Origin: an uncultured Candidatus Rokubacteria bacterium
Lineage (GTDB): Bacteria > Methylomirabilota > Methylomirabilia > Rokubacteriales > DASRDR01
Assembly (NCBI GenBank): GCA_963805625.1
Contig: CAWDVE010000010.1
Coordinates: forward strand, 2,112,001-2,176,000
DNA: 64,000 bases
Reading direction: 5' to 3'
Numbering within the stretch: the first letter of the stretch is position 1; every line of letters begins with the position of its first letter. A model generated the notes under the pieces. It was not told the DNA's origin. It was given only the letters and a program-made list of their open reading frames with translations, and ran no database searches. A program made the position numbers and the translations under genes. Below, piece after piece: positions 10,873-20,371 of the stretch.

Positions 10873-11040
10873 TTGGCCACCGTGACGCCGTCCTTGGTAA
10901 TGGTCGGGCTGCCGTACTTCTTGTCGATCACCACGTTCCGGCCCTTGCGGCCCAGTGGCCTTCACGGCCTCCGCCAGGATGTTGACGCCCCGCAGGAGCG
11001 CCGCCCGCGCCGCCTGGTCGAACATCAGTTGCTTCGGCAT
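10873..11040 (-). pseudogene. groEL: 5' remnant of groEL (about 55 codons, frameshifted, truncated)
   Basis: [28 protein letters not shown] / [27 protein letters not shown], then an abrupt switch to unrelated sequence. Confidence 0.9.
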
Positions 11041-11356
11041 TCGCCGGTCCTGCCTCTGTCCTTCGTCGGTGATCGGTGTGAGTCTGGAGCGCCGTGGCGC
11101 GGGGGAGTCGTTCCCCCAGGATTCCCAGGATGTCATGAAGGAGCCGAACCATGAGGCGAAACTCAGGGGACTCTCGGACCTGGGGAGCTGGCAGAGAGCG
11201 GAAGCCATCGAAAAGGGGGGCGGGATAAGATGCCTGGGCAAGACAAGGGTGATTATGCGGTCGCCCGGGGATGTGCCGACGGGCTTGAGCTGCTCTTCAA
11301 GAAATGAGCGCGTCGACCGCACCATGGTATCGGCGCCGTCTGCATCGCTGACGTGT

Positions 11357-11995
11357 TCAGGGTCGCCTCGCGACGTCACTCCCCGCGCGATCTTTCGCGA
11401 TCGAGATGCCTTCGATGTACAGAACAAAGCCGAGTGCTCGAGCCTTCTCCAGGTCTGACGTCTTGATTCGGTACACGTTCATCGTGCCCGTCGACGCGCC
11501 GCACATCCGCGGGTGTTGAATTCCGTCCGATTTCTTCGCCTGTGCCTCGACGGCGATGCTCGCGGCACGCAACTCCTTCTCCATTTGCTCCAGGGACACG
11601 GGTTGACCCATTTCACATTGCAGGCTCCCGTCATACTTCGCGATGTCGATTGAGGGACTGTCATACATCCAGGACTGAAATCTCTTGACTCCCTGTGGGT
11701 CAGCCGGTATTCGTGGTAAATCATCCTTCGCAATCTCGTAGACGTTCGCGATGCCGGTCGGGGCTCCACACAGGGCCATGATGAAACCCGGCACGACTCG
11801 CTTCTCGCTTGAGAGGACTGTGATGTTGACGGCCGTGAGCTCCTTCGCCATGTCATCCAGGGGCACGGCCTGCCCCATTCCGCATTGAAGGCCGCCATCG
11901 TACCGGAATACCCGGACGGTGTCGGCCGACAATCCCGGCCCCGTCATCACGACCGTGAATCCTGCCACCAGGGTAGCGAGTCGCCAGGTTCGCAT
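11357..11995 (-). CDS. Secreted protein made of two tandem copies of a 2-Cys domain
   Basis: Signal peptide MRTWRLATLVAG..; repeats YDGGLQC..LCGAPTGIANVYEI and YDGSLQC..MCGASTGTMNVYRI; GGAGG RBS. Confidence 0.75.
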   Translation of the reverse strand: MRTWRLATLVAGFTVVMTGPGLSADTVRVFRYDGGLQCGMGQAVPLDDMAKELTAVNITVLSSEKRVVPGFIMALCGAPTGIANVYEIAKDDLPRIPADPQGVKRFQSWMYDSPSIDIAKYDGSLQCEMGQPVSLEQMEKELRAASIAVEAQAKKSDGIQHPRMCGASTGTMNVYRIKTSDLEKARALGFVLYIEGISIAKDRAGSDVARRP

Positions 11996-12084
11996 CGCGT
12001 TCCATCCTCCCGGTGTGTCCATTGGCAACGACCCGCGGCCGATGGCGTCCACCGGCAGCGAGTCGTGCTAGTTCACTGCGACGC

Positions 12085-12250
12085 CTACGTCGATCCCAGC
12101 CGCTCCTTCCCGACGCTGCGATGCCATCGCCACACGCCGACGACCAGCATCGCCGCCAGCGCCAGGAGGCCGGTGAGACCAAGCCAGCGCTCTGCCCGGT
12201 GCACATCGGCCATGATGGCGTTGATCTGATCCGTGAAGAAGACCGCCCTG
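12085..12250 (-). pseudogene. Possible C-terminal remnant of a DedA-like membrane protein
   Basis: FFTDQINAIMADVHRAERWLGLTGLLALAAMLVVGVWRW resembles a DedA C-terminus; no start region. Confidence 0.35.
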
Positions 12251-12340
12251 GGAGCCGAGACGAGCCGGTCGCGCCGACCGGCGAAGTCCGCCGGGCCCGG
12301 GCCGCCAACGTATGCCGTCTTGGCTCCATCGCATGGGTCG

Positions 12341-12607
12341 CTAGCCCGCGTGCGCCGGTGCGGGGCCGGGGGATCCATGCCCGCTGTCCCTCACGATCCG
12401 GTAGAGGACCCACCCGCTGGCGTCCTGACCGCCGAGGCGCTCCGCCCGCTCGAACAAGCTCAGGCGGCTTCTTCGCGGAATCGATGGATGCTCCGCGAGC
12501 ACCGCCTTCCGCCCGAGCCGGACGGCCTCCGTGGGTAACGGCGCCTCGATGCGGTAACGCGCCAGGATCCCTCGCCTCTCGTTGTAGAACTGCATCACCC
12601 AATTCAT
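12341..12607 (-). CDS. Hypothetical protein, 88 aa
   Basis: Protein-like composition, GAGGGGG RBS before ATG, co-oriented with neighbours. Confidence 0.6.
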   Translation of the reverse strand: MNWVMQFYNERRGILARYRIEAPLPTEAVRLGRKAVLAEHPSIPRRSRLSLFERAERLGGQDASGWVLYRIVRDSGHGSPGPAPAHAG

Positions 12608-12674
12608 CGCCGACCCCCTCGTGCGACCCTGCGGCGTCCTCGGGCCGTGACCGCCGGTGACTCCACGGCCGTCC

Positions 12675-12830
12675 TCAGATGCGACCCGTCATGAACAGGA
12701 CAATGCGCACCAACAGCACGAGGCCGACGCCTCCGCTCGGGCCATAGCCCCAGCTCCGGCTGTGCCCCCAGGTCGCCAGCGCCCCGAACAGCGCGAGAAT
12801 CAGGACGACGATGAGCATCGTGGGCAGCAT
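12675..12830 (-). CDS. DUF3309 small membrane protein (copy 1, 51 aa)
   Basis: MLPTMLIVVLILALFGALATWGHSRSWGYGPSGGVGLVLLVRIVLFMTGRI; GGAG RBS; below the ORF-track cutoff. Confidence 0.85.
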   Translation of the reverse strand: MLPTMLIVVLILALFGALATWGHSRSWGYGPSGGVGLVLLVRIVLFMTGRI

Positions 12831-12937
12831 CAGCTTCTCCTCCGGAGAGTTCTGGCCAGGTCCTCGGCGACTCCCAAGGAGCGCGAAGGCCGAGGCGCGT
12901 CCCGGTCGACACCGGCACGGGCCTCGACCTCCGTGGA

Positions 12938-13384
12938 TCAGGCGGCCTTGACTGCGATCATCTTCCGCGTCGTCACTTGCGGCGCCGGGATCCTCACCTC
13001 GAGCATCCCGTTCGCATGCTTCGCCTCCACGTGGGCGACGTCGACGCCCTCGGGGAGCTGGAAGCTCCGCTGGAACGCGCCGTATGCGAGCTCGCGGACG
13101 AAGTAGTCCTGGCCCGCGGTATCGTGATCGGCCTTGCGCTCACCCTTGACGGTGAGGACGTTGTCCATCCAGGACACCTCGACGTCCTTCGGATCCACGC
13201 CCGGCATGGCGAGCTGGATGACGTAGGCGCCGTCGTCGATCCGCCCCTCAGCGGCGGGAAGCCACGCGGGGGCACGCGGGGCGGCCTCGTCCGTGGCGCC
13301 GTTGAAGAACTCCGGGAACAGCGCGTCGACGTCGTGGTGGAAGTGGAACTTCCGAGCGGGGGACCAGCGAAGCATGGTGGTCAT
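12938..13384 (-). CDS. Hsp20/alpha-crystallin small heat shock protein
   Basis: MPGVDPKDVEV, LTVKGER, RELAYGAFQRSFQLP, NGMLEVRIP. Confidence 0.93.
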   Translation of the reverse strand: MTTMLRWSPARKFHFHHDVDALFPEFFNGATDEAAPRAPAWLPAAEGRIDDGAYVIQLAMPGVDPKDVEVSWMDNVLTVKGERKADHDTAGQDYFVRELAYGAFQRSFQLPEGVDVAHVEAKHANGMLEVRIPAPQVTTRKMIAVKAA

Positions 13385-13430
13385 GGTGCTCTCCTCTCAA
13401 ATACCTCAGTACCCAAAGACTCAAACTAAC

Positions 13431-13778
13431 TTAGCCGCGGGTGAAGAACTTCTGCACGGAACGCCCAACGGACTTCATGCCATCCCAGATGGACTCGCCG
13501 AAGCCCTGCGCGCTTTTTTCCAGCTTCTCGCCGGCGGGCCTGGACTCCGTGCCTGCAGCCGTCGCGCGCCGCTCCACCTCCGTGGCGCCCTCCGTCAGGG
13601 TCTTGCCGATGCCCTTGGCTGTCTCTTGAACGCCCTCGACGATCTTCCTCGCCCCGTCGGCCACGGAGTCGGCGGGCGGCCTCGCCTGGGCGCCCGCGAG
13701 GCCGGCGCTTCCGGTAAGGGCAAGGAGCATCACGACCGCCGTTAGGCTCCACGCCCTTGGTCCTGTGGCACTCATCAC
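13431..13778 (-). CDS. Small secreted helical (LEA/hydrophilin-like) protein
   Basis: Signal peptide, then amphipathic G/K/E-rich repeats; AGGAG RBS; directly downstream of a sigma70 promoter. Confidence 0.7.
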   Translation of the reverse strand: MMSATGPRAWSLTAVVMLLALTGSAGLAGAQARPPADSVADGARKIVEGVQETAKGIGKTLTEGATEVERRATAAGTESRPAGEKLEKSAQGFGESIWDGMKSVGRSVQKFFTRG

Positions 13779-13801
13779 ATGTCTCCTATGCTGAATCGCT
13801 A

Positions 13802-13845
13802 TACTACTGTCCTAGTACAGTAGTACGCATAGTCAATTCTGTCAA
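13802..13845 (-). promoter_or_regulatory. Sigma70 promoter with overlapping 24-bp palindromic operator (site A)
   Basis: Minus strand TTGACA-N17-TACTGT; palindrome TACTACTGT-ACTAGG-ACAGTAGTA at 13802-13825. Confidence 0.8.
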
Positions 13846-14058
13846 GTACCATCTCGCCTGCGTGGGCGCTTCGGGGTCGATGGTCTCGACGCCCGACATC
13901 GATTCCGGGACGGCGCTGCGTCTCCAGTCTGCGCCGAAGCCGCGGCGCGCTGCCCTCCTGCGAACTAGCCTCTGTGGAGCTCGCGGTCACCGCGCCGCGG
14001 GGATCAGGCTGGGCGCCACCGGCGGACCGCAGCCACAGGATGTACAGTGTAAAGATTC

Positions 14059-14964
14059 ATGCGGAGCATGTGGTCGCTGCTGGCCGCCACCTTCCGGGAC
14101 TGGTTTGAGGATCGGGCACAGCGTCTGGGCGCGGCTCTCGCCTACTACACGATCTTTGCGCTGACCCCCGGCCTCGTGCTGGTCATCGCGTTGGCGGGAG
14201 TCCTGCTCGGCCAGGACGCGGAAGGCCAGATTCTTGGGCAGATCCGCGAACTCATTGGGGAGCAGGGCGCGGCCGCGATCGAGGCGACGACTCGGAGCGC
14301 GCGCACCGAGACCCTGGGGGTAGGGGGAACCGCGCTGGCGCTCTTTCCTCTCGTGTTCGGGCTATGGGGGCTCTTCGGCGAGCTTCAGGATGGGCTCAAC
14401 ACGATCTGGGGGGTGACGCCGAAAGCCGGGCGCCGTGTGATCGAGATCGTGAAGGAGCGCTTTTGGTCGTTCGCCATGGTGGTCGGCATCGGGTTTCTGC
14501 TCCTGGTGTCGCTCGCGATGAGCGCCTGGCTCATCGTCGTCGGCACCTACTTCGGCCAACTCCTGCCCGCGCCGGCCGCGGCGCTCGAACTGCTGAACTT
14601 CGTCATTTCGTTCGGCGTGATCACCGTTCTCTTCGCCATGACGTTCAAGCTGCTCCCCGACGTCACGATCGCCTGGCGGGATGTCTGGCCGGGCGCCGCC
14701 CTGACCTCCCTCCTCTTCACCGCGGGCAAGTTCGTCATCGGCCTCTATCTCGGGAAGAGCGCCGTGGCCTCGGCATACGGGGCCGCTGGCTCCCTCGTCA
14801 TCATCGTGGTCTGGGTCTACTACTCGGCGCAAATCCTGCTGTTTGGCGCCGAGTTCACCAAGGTGTGGACGAAGCGGCGGGGTTCGGGGTTCGTGCCGGA
14901 TCAGACGGCGAGGCCGGTGACGCGGGAGGCGCGAGCCGAGCAGGGCCTGGGGCCACGGTCATGA
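14059..14964 (+). CDS. YihY/BrkB family inner membrane protein
   Basis: GAALAYYTIFAL, LQDGLNTIW, WRDVWPGA, YGAAGSL..WVYYSAQILLFGAEF. Confidence 0.93.
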   Translation: MRSMWSLLAATFRDWFEDRAQRLGAALAYYTIFALTPGLVLVIALAGVLLGQDAEGQILGQIRELIGEQGAAAIEATTRSARTETLGVGGTALALFPLVFGLWGLFGELQDGLNTIWGVTPKAGRRVIEIVKERFWSFAMVVGIGFLLLVSLAMSAWLIVVGTYFGQLLPAPAAALELLNFVISFGVITVLFAMTFKLLPDVTIAWRDVWPGAALTSLLFTAGKFVIGLYLGKSAVASAYGAAGSLVIIVVWVYYSAQILLFGAEFTKVWTKRRGSGFVPDQTARPVTREARAEQGLGPRS

Positions 14965-15166
14965 GATCGCGCACAAACCGAGGGCCGTGATAAAGAAACT
15001 GAAAAGGCCTGATGGCGCATGGCAGGCGTCTCGCTGACGCGAGAAGACCAGGGCACGCTGGGGGGCATGTGCGCGATTGTCCTCGCCGCAACTCTCCCTT
15101 GCGCCGGTCCGCGATCCCACTCGATCCACCGATTTGCCTTCAGTGGTCGAGGTGCACGGCGACCGT

Positions 15167-17195
15167 TCAGTCCGACAGGAGGTGGATGCGCGGCCGCACG
15201 TCGTCCTCGGCCGTCGACCCCCAGTAGCGCAGGAGGATCGCATAGACCAGCAGACCGGTCTCCCCCTCCCCGAAGAACAGGAAGCGAAACGCCTGCCGGG
15301 TCAGATCCTCGCGGGTGAGGCTGAGGAAGATGCTGATCGGGTCCACCATCTCGCTCAGGTAGGCGATCGTGTTGGCGATGGCGATTGCCCCGTGCACCTC
15401 GATGACGTAGTCTCGCCCTTCCCGCCGCACCTCGACCCCCAGCGGCGCCAGGAACTCGCTGCGGTTGTCCAGCAGGTTCACGTGCACGAAGGCGAGCGGC
15501 TCGTCGATCCGGTAGTACCGGCGGATCTCGGCGCTCTTCCCGGACCCGGGTCTCCGGCGATCGGGCCTTCATGGGGACCATGTGCACCTGCTTGCCCACC
15601 AGCGCCGGGCCGAGCTCCGCCGACGCCTGATCGATGAAGTCGGCCTCGGACACCCGGATCTCGGTGGCCCGGACGGACCGGCTCACCGTGCTCACCACGA
15701 GCACCAGGAGGATGAACGCGCTCCCGATGATCACCCCGTCCGGCCGCTTCACGCAGTTGTCGACGAGCGTGTACGCGAAGACGACGGTCATCGCCCCGAA
15801 GTACACGCTGGCCGGCCGCCGCTCCTCGCGCCACAGGGCCAGCGTCACCGCCAGCGCCGCCGACAAGATCAGCGCGAGCACGCCGGTGGCGTAGGCCCCG
15901 CTCTGCGCCTCCACGCTGGCGCGGAAGACCAGCGTGACGACCACGTTGATGACGAAGAGCACGAGGACGAGCGGGCGGGCCCGCACTGCCCACGCCGGCG
16001 CCATGCCGAACCGCGGCAGGTAGCGCGGGACCAGGTTCAGCAGTCCCGCCATTGCGGAGGCGCCGGCCAGCCAGAGGATGAGGATGGTCCAGAGGTCGTA
16101 GATCGACGCGAACCCAGCGCTGAAGAACCCATGGGCGAGGTGGGCGAGCGCACGCCCGCTCGCCGGCCCCCCTTCGCGATAGTCCGCGGGCGAGATCAGG
16201 AGCGTCGTCACGACACTCGAGAGCACGAGCATCACGCTCATGATGGCCGCGGCGGCGACGAGGAGTGTGCGCGTGTGGCGGATCCGGCCGAGGGGTGGCT
16301 GGGCGCCGCGCCGCGGCTGGGCATCGGACGCGCCACCGTCGATCAGGGGCATCACCGAGACGCCGGTCTCGAAGCCGCTCATCCCGAGCGCGAGCGTCGG
16401 GAACACCAGGAGAGCGCCGGCCGCGATCGTGCCCCAGTCGCCCCGCTCCAAGAGGGCGCGGTGCCAGCCGCTCCACAGCTCCGGCCGAGCGGCGATCTCG
16501 CCGAGACCGCGCCCGAGCACGACGAGGCTCAGCACGAGGTACGGGATGGCGACGACCGCGGCCATCCCGATCGCCCCCCGGAACCCGAACAGGAACACGA
16601 CGGCCAGCAGGGCGAGGAGGATCAGGGTGACCCCGATCTGCGCATCGCCGAGGAACGGGTGCAGGTACGGGTTCTCGATGGCGTGCTTGGTGGCGTCCGC
16701 GGCCGACAGCGTCATGGTAATGACGAAGTCTGTGGCCGCGAACCCGAGCAGGATGAGCACGAGGAGCTTGCCGCTCCAGCCCGGGAGCAGGTTCTCGAGC
16801 ATCGCGATCGACCCCTGACCGGCGTAGGAGCGGCGCGCGACCTGGGCGTAGATCGGTAGGGCACCGAGCAGCGTCACCAGGACGAGGACGGACGTGGCCA
16901 GCGGCGCGACGGCGCCGGCCGCGAGGAGGGCAATGCCCGGCTGGTAGCCGAGTGTGGAAAAGTAGTCCACGCCCGTGAGCCAGAGCACGCGCCGCCACGA
17001 GTGCGTCTCCTGACCCGCCCCGTCTCCGGCGCCATGGAGGTCGCCCACGCCCAGCAGCCATCGCCCGATGGCGGAGCGCGACTCGCGCCGCTGTGGCAGC
17101 GTGTGCCCGAACGGGATCCGAAGGCGGGCGTTATGGCTCACGAGCGTTTCTTGCCCGCGCGCCACGTGGGCCGCGACCATGGGCCAAGGTCCCAT
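15167..17195 (-). CDS. APC-superfamily amino acid permease-like transporter, frameshift near 15540 (start uncertain)
   Basis: LTGVDYFSTLGYQPGIA, SGFETGV, about 12 TM segments; the soluble C-terminus continues in ORF 15167..15487. Confidence 0.82.
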
Positions 17196-17444
17196 TAGCG
17201 TGACCCCACCGTGCCGGACATACTTTGTCGACGCCTCGCCTGGCCCGGGTGGAGTCCACCCTGTCGTAACGCGACGCGACGGGGCGGCCCCATGAGACCT
17301 CTTCTGGAATCACCATCGGTGATTCCGTGGGCGGGGGCCCCTGTCGGGGCGCCCGCAACAGGAACGACGCGCCGCGTCGGCTAACGAGCGGGTGCCCGTC
17401 TGCGAGCAAGAGCGCGCGCGAGGTAGGCGCGGCGACCCCGGGCG

Positions 17445-17693
17445 TTACCTGAAGACGCCGAAGGCCCGCAGGATGACGATCAGCACGACCGCTCCGACCA
17501 GCGAGACAATCCAGTTCGCCAGGGTGCCAGGTGCGGCGATGCCAAGGGCGCCGGCGGCCCAGTGCCCGATGAGGGACCCAACCACGCCGACCACGATGTT
17601 CGCGATCAGCCCCATCTGGGCGTCGGTCTTCATCATCTGGCTGGCCAGCCAGCCGATGACGCCACCGATGATGATGGCCACGATGAAGGCCAG
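17445..17693 (-). CDS. GlsB/YeaQ/YmgE (transglycosylase-associated) stress membrane protein
   Basis: IIIGGVIGWLAS..GLIANIVVGVVGS..SLVGAVVLIVIL; GGAGGT RBS points to CTG 17693 (alternative GTG 17681). Confidence 0.88.
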   Translation of the reverse strand: MAFIVAIIIGGVIGWLASQMMKTDAQMGLIANIVVGVVGSLIGHWAAGALGIAAPGTLANWIVSLVGAVVLIVILRAFGVFR

Positions 17694-17727
17694 GGTTCAC
17701 CTCCCATTGTGTGAGGGCGGTGACGAT

Positions 17728-18897
17728 CTATTCTCGTCGTTTCAGCAGGTCCGCCACCAGCCCTGCACTGCCTGTGTGTTCCAGCCAGTGGCGATACCCG
17801 ACGGACAGGATCGCGACGGTCGGAATCGCCAGAAAGATTCCCGACACGCCTGCCAACGCCGCGCCGCACAAGACCGCCACGATCACCGCGAACGGATGGA
17901 GGGGCATGCCGTGTCCGATGATGCGCGGGTAGACGACGTAGTCGTGAACGATGCGCACAATGCCCAAGAATACGACGACTTCGAGGACTTGCTTCATCGA
18001 GGAGACACTGGCGATCAGCGTCACGATCAGCGCGACGACGAGCGGGCCGAGCAGCGGAATGAATTCGAGGAGGCCCGAGACGATGCCCAGCACGAGGGCG
18101 TAACGCACGCCGATGAGGGAGAAGCCGATGGTGCAGATCGTGCCGATCAACAGGCAGGCGATCAGCTGCGCACGGATGTACACGGCCAAGGTCGCGTTGA
18201 TGTCCTGAAGGAGCTCGCGGCCGCGCCAGCGCCAACGCCCCTGTGGGAGCGTCTGCAACGCGATCGCCCGAAAGCTGGCCGAGTCTTTCAGGAGGAAAAA
18301 GGCGAGAATCGGTATCAACAGGAGCCACGGGAGAAACCCGAGCAGTTGGATGAGGACGTTGCCGAGTCCCTCCGTCACATACGTCCCTGCGATTTCGACC
18401 GCGTGCGTCGCACTCTTGTTGATGGCATCGCGGACGGTGGCTGGAAGCCGGTACTCTTCATAGGAGGTGGTCCACCCGAGCACCCGCGAGCGCGCACGAT
18501 CGAGGTACATCGGCGCCTCCCGTGCGAACTGAGTGATCTGAGTGCCAACTTGGGGGAGCAAGAGGGCGGCCGCGAGCGCAAGGGCCCCGAGGATGAGGAG
18601 ATACACGACGCCAATGGCCAGCGCACGGGGCATGGCGTGCGCACGTCCTCGCACAGTGAACGGACGGCACGCAAACTCCACCAGCGGCGCCAGCAGATAG
18701 GCGAAGAAGATCGCCAGCACGACGAGCAGGATCACGCCTCTGAGCGCGTAGAGAAGCCACATGGTCGCCGCAACAACCAGCAACATGAAGATCACACGCA
18801 AGAGGGCCCGCGTCTGTGACCATGACGCACCCGCCACGGCCGTCGTGGCGGGGTCCCCGACCTCTTTCGTATCGCTCACGACTGCGCTCCGCAGCAA
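17728..18897 (-). CDS. AI-2E (PerM) family transporter
   Basis: AYLLAPLV, FFLLKD, YIRAQL, EFIPLLGP, YPRIIG..LHP, GIFLAIP. Confidence 0.9.
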   Translation of the reverse strand: MLRSAVVSDTKEVGDPATTAVAGASWSQTRALLRVIFMLLVVAATMWLLYALRGVILLVVLAIFFAYLLAPLVEFACRPFTVRGRAHAMPRALAIGVVYLLILGALALAAALLLPQVGTQITQFAREAPMYLDRARSRVLGWTTSYEEYRLPATVRDAINKSATHAVEIAGTYVTEGLGNVLIQLLGFLPWLLLIPILAFFLLKDSASFRAIALQTLPQGRWRWRGRELLQDINATLAVYIRAQLIACLLIGTICTIGFSLIGVRYALVLGIVSGLLEFIPLLGPLVVALIVTLIASVSSMKQVLEVVVFLGIVRIVHDYVVYPRIIGHGMPLHPFAVIVAVLCGAALAGVSGIFLAIPTVAILSVGYRHWLEHTGSAGLVADLLKRRE

Positions 18898-18915
18898 AGC
18901 CGGCCCGCGCCGCCT

Positions 18916-19110
18916 CTACTTCTTCTTGAGTGTGTCGACGGCCTGGTCGATCCGCTCGCCAGCCTTTTCGAGTGGTCCCTTCCCGCTCAACTTGTCCAGA
19001 GCTTTGTCGAGCTTCTCACCCACCTTCTCGGCCGGCCCTTTCTCGCACCCCACCACGACACCGCTTCCCATCAACCCGAGGCAGACCGCCCCTACGACGA
19101 ACTGGTTCAT
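18916..19110 (-). CDS. Small lipoprotein with duplicated KGPxEKxGE motif, 64 aa
   Basis: Lipobox VVGC; CEKGPAEKVGEKLDKA / GKGPLEKAGERIDQA. Confidence 0.78.
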   Translation of the reverse strand: MNQFVVGAVCLGLMGSGVVVGCEKGPAEKVGEKLDKALDKLSGKGPLEKAGERIDQAVDTLKKK

Positions 19111-19342
19111 CACGTCTCTCCTGTCTCTCAACAAGCGGACGCGTTTGAGGACTCGCTCGGGCGTGGGCGGGGCCGACAGCGGTGTTCGAGTGTTCTGCGA
19201 TCGAACCCAAGACCGCTGATCGCGCCCTCGTCCGCCTGTGGCGGTGACCACCGGCCTTCCCGCCGTAACTTGTACGAGACCTCGCCGGGCCAGCGGCACC
19301 TTCCCGGGACCGTCGAGCTGCCCGGGATCCAATGTCTCGTCC

Positions 19343-19486
19343 TCATAGTCGGCCCGATAGGGCCAAGATAATGAGAATGAGAACGACGAGACCGACGCCA
19401 CCTCCCAGGTACGGGCCGCCATACCGCCAACCGCCAGGGACACCGACAACAAGCAGCACGATGAGGATGATGAGCAGTAGATTCAT
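19343..19486 (-). CDS. DUF3309-like small membrane protein (copy 2, 47 aa)
   Basis: MNLLLIILIVLLVVGVPGGWRYGGPYLGGGVGLVVLILIILALSGRL; AAGGAGG RBS. Confidence 0.78.
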   Translation of the reverse strand: MNLLLIILIVLLVVGVPGGWRYGGPYLGGGVGLVVLILIILALSGRL

Positions 19487-19941
19487 GGCCTGGCCTCCTT
19501 CAGAGCTGATTGGAGTGATCCGACTGGCTTCGTGATGGCGTCGGCAATCGGCTGCGAGCTGTATTTCGGGCAGTAGGCACTCGCGGTCTGCGACGCTTGC
19601 ACCAACTCCTGATCCGTCCGATAGCTATAGCTCTGGCTGGGAGGGATCGGCGCCGGCGCCGGAACCGCGGTCCGCACGCATTCAAAGAGCACGGCTTTAC
19701 TTCCGTCTGGATTGTTCGTCAGGCTGACGGTTCGCGGGACCGTCTGATACTGACTGCAATACGTCGTCCCGTTCTGGTTGGCCTGAAGCAGTTCCCGGTC
19801 AGTTCGGTAGTTGTAGGTCACGCTCGGGTTGCTCGACTGCACCGGCTGTTGCGACGAGGGAAAGGTCGCACAGGCCGCAAAGGCCCCGGCCGCGAACAAT
19901 GCGACTGCCGACACGTTCACCCAGCGAGCGATCCTGACCAT
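19483..19941 (-). CDS. Lipoprotein with internal repeat (second repeat incomplete)
   Basis: Lipobox FAAC; YNYRTDRELLQANQNGTTYC and YSYRTDQELVQASQTASAYC; GGAGG RBS. Confidence 0.7.
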   Translation of the reverse strand: MVRIARWVNVSAVALFAAGAFAACATFPSSQQPVQSSNPSVTYNYRTDRELLQANQNGTTYCSQYQTVPRTVSLTNNPDGSKAVLFECVRTAVPAPAPIPPSQSYSYRTDQELVQASQTASAYCPKYSSQPIADAITKPVGSLQSALKEARP

Positions 19942-20037
19942 CTGAAGTCCTCCGTCACTCTTTCGGTGTCGAGACCATGGAAGTCACCCGGCTCAGCTTC
20001 GGAGTAGAAGCTCCTGGCAGTCACATCAGATCTCAGA

Positions 20038-20076
20038 TTGTATGAGTACACTCGTACACTAGTACGATTCCGTCAA
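20038..20076 (-). promoter_or_regulatory. Divergent promoter with degenerate operator (site C)
   Basis: TTGACG-N17-GAGTGTACTCATACAAT (11/16 match to the site A/B core at the same offset); extra palindrome TCGTAC-N4-GTACGA at 20052-20067. Confidence 0.55.
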
Positions 20077-20141
20077 GCGGCCGCAGAACCGCATGGAAGG
20101 TCAGAGGCTCGGCCGGCGGCTCCCCGCTGGCGCCATGGCAC

Positions 20142-20182
20142 TTGACAGGATCGAAGGACTGTATCACTGTACTAGGACAGTG
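20142..20182 (+). promoter_or_regulatory. Sigma70 promoter with palindromic operator (site B)
   Basis: TTGACA-N17-CACTGTACTAGGACAGTG; the 16-mer ACTGTACTAGGACAGT is identical to site A. Confidence 0.8.
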
Positions 20183-20215
20183 GCAGTTGAACGATGAAGG
20201 AGGAAGGATACGCTG

Positions 20216-20371
20216 ATGATTACCATGGTTCTCCTATTTGTCCTGATCCTCGCGCTCCTCGGAACGCTCCCGACGTGGGGGCACAGCCGGAACTGGGGCT
20301 ATGGACCGAGTGGCGGCGTCGGCGTCGTGCTCGTGATTCTTCTCGTCCTGTTCTTGTCTGGCCGTATCTAA
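20216..20371 (+). CDS. DUF3309 small membrane protein (copy 3, 51 aa)
   Basis: MITMVLLFVLILALLGTLPTWGHSRNWGYGPSGGVGVVLVILLVLFLSGRI; purine-rich RBS. Confidence 0.87.
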   Translation: MITMVLLFVLILALLGTLPTWGHSRNWGYGPSGGVGVVLVILLVLFLSGRI

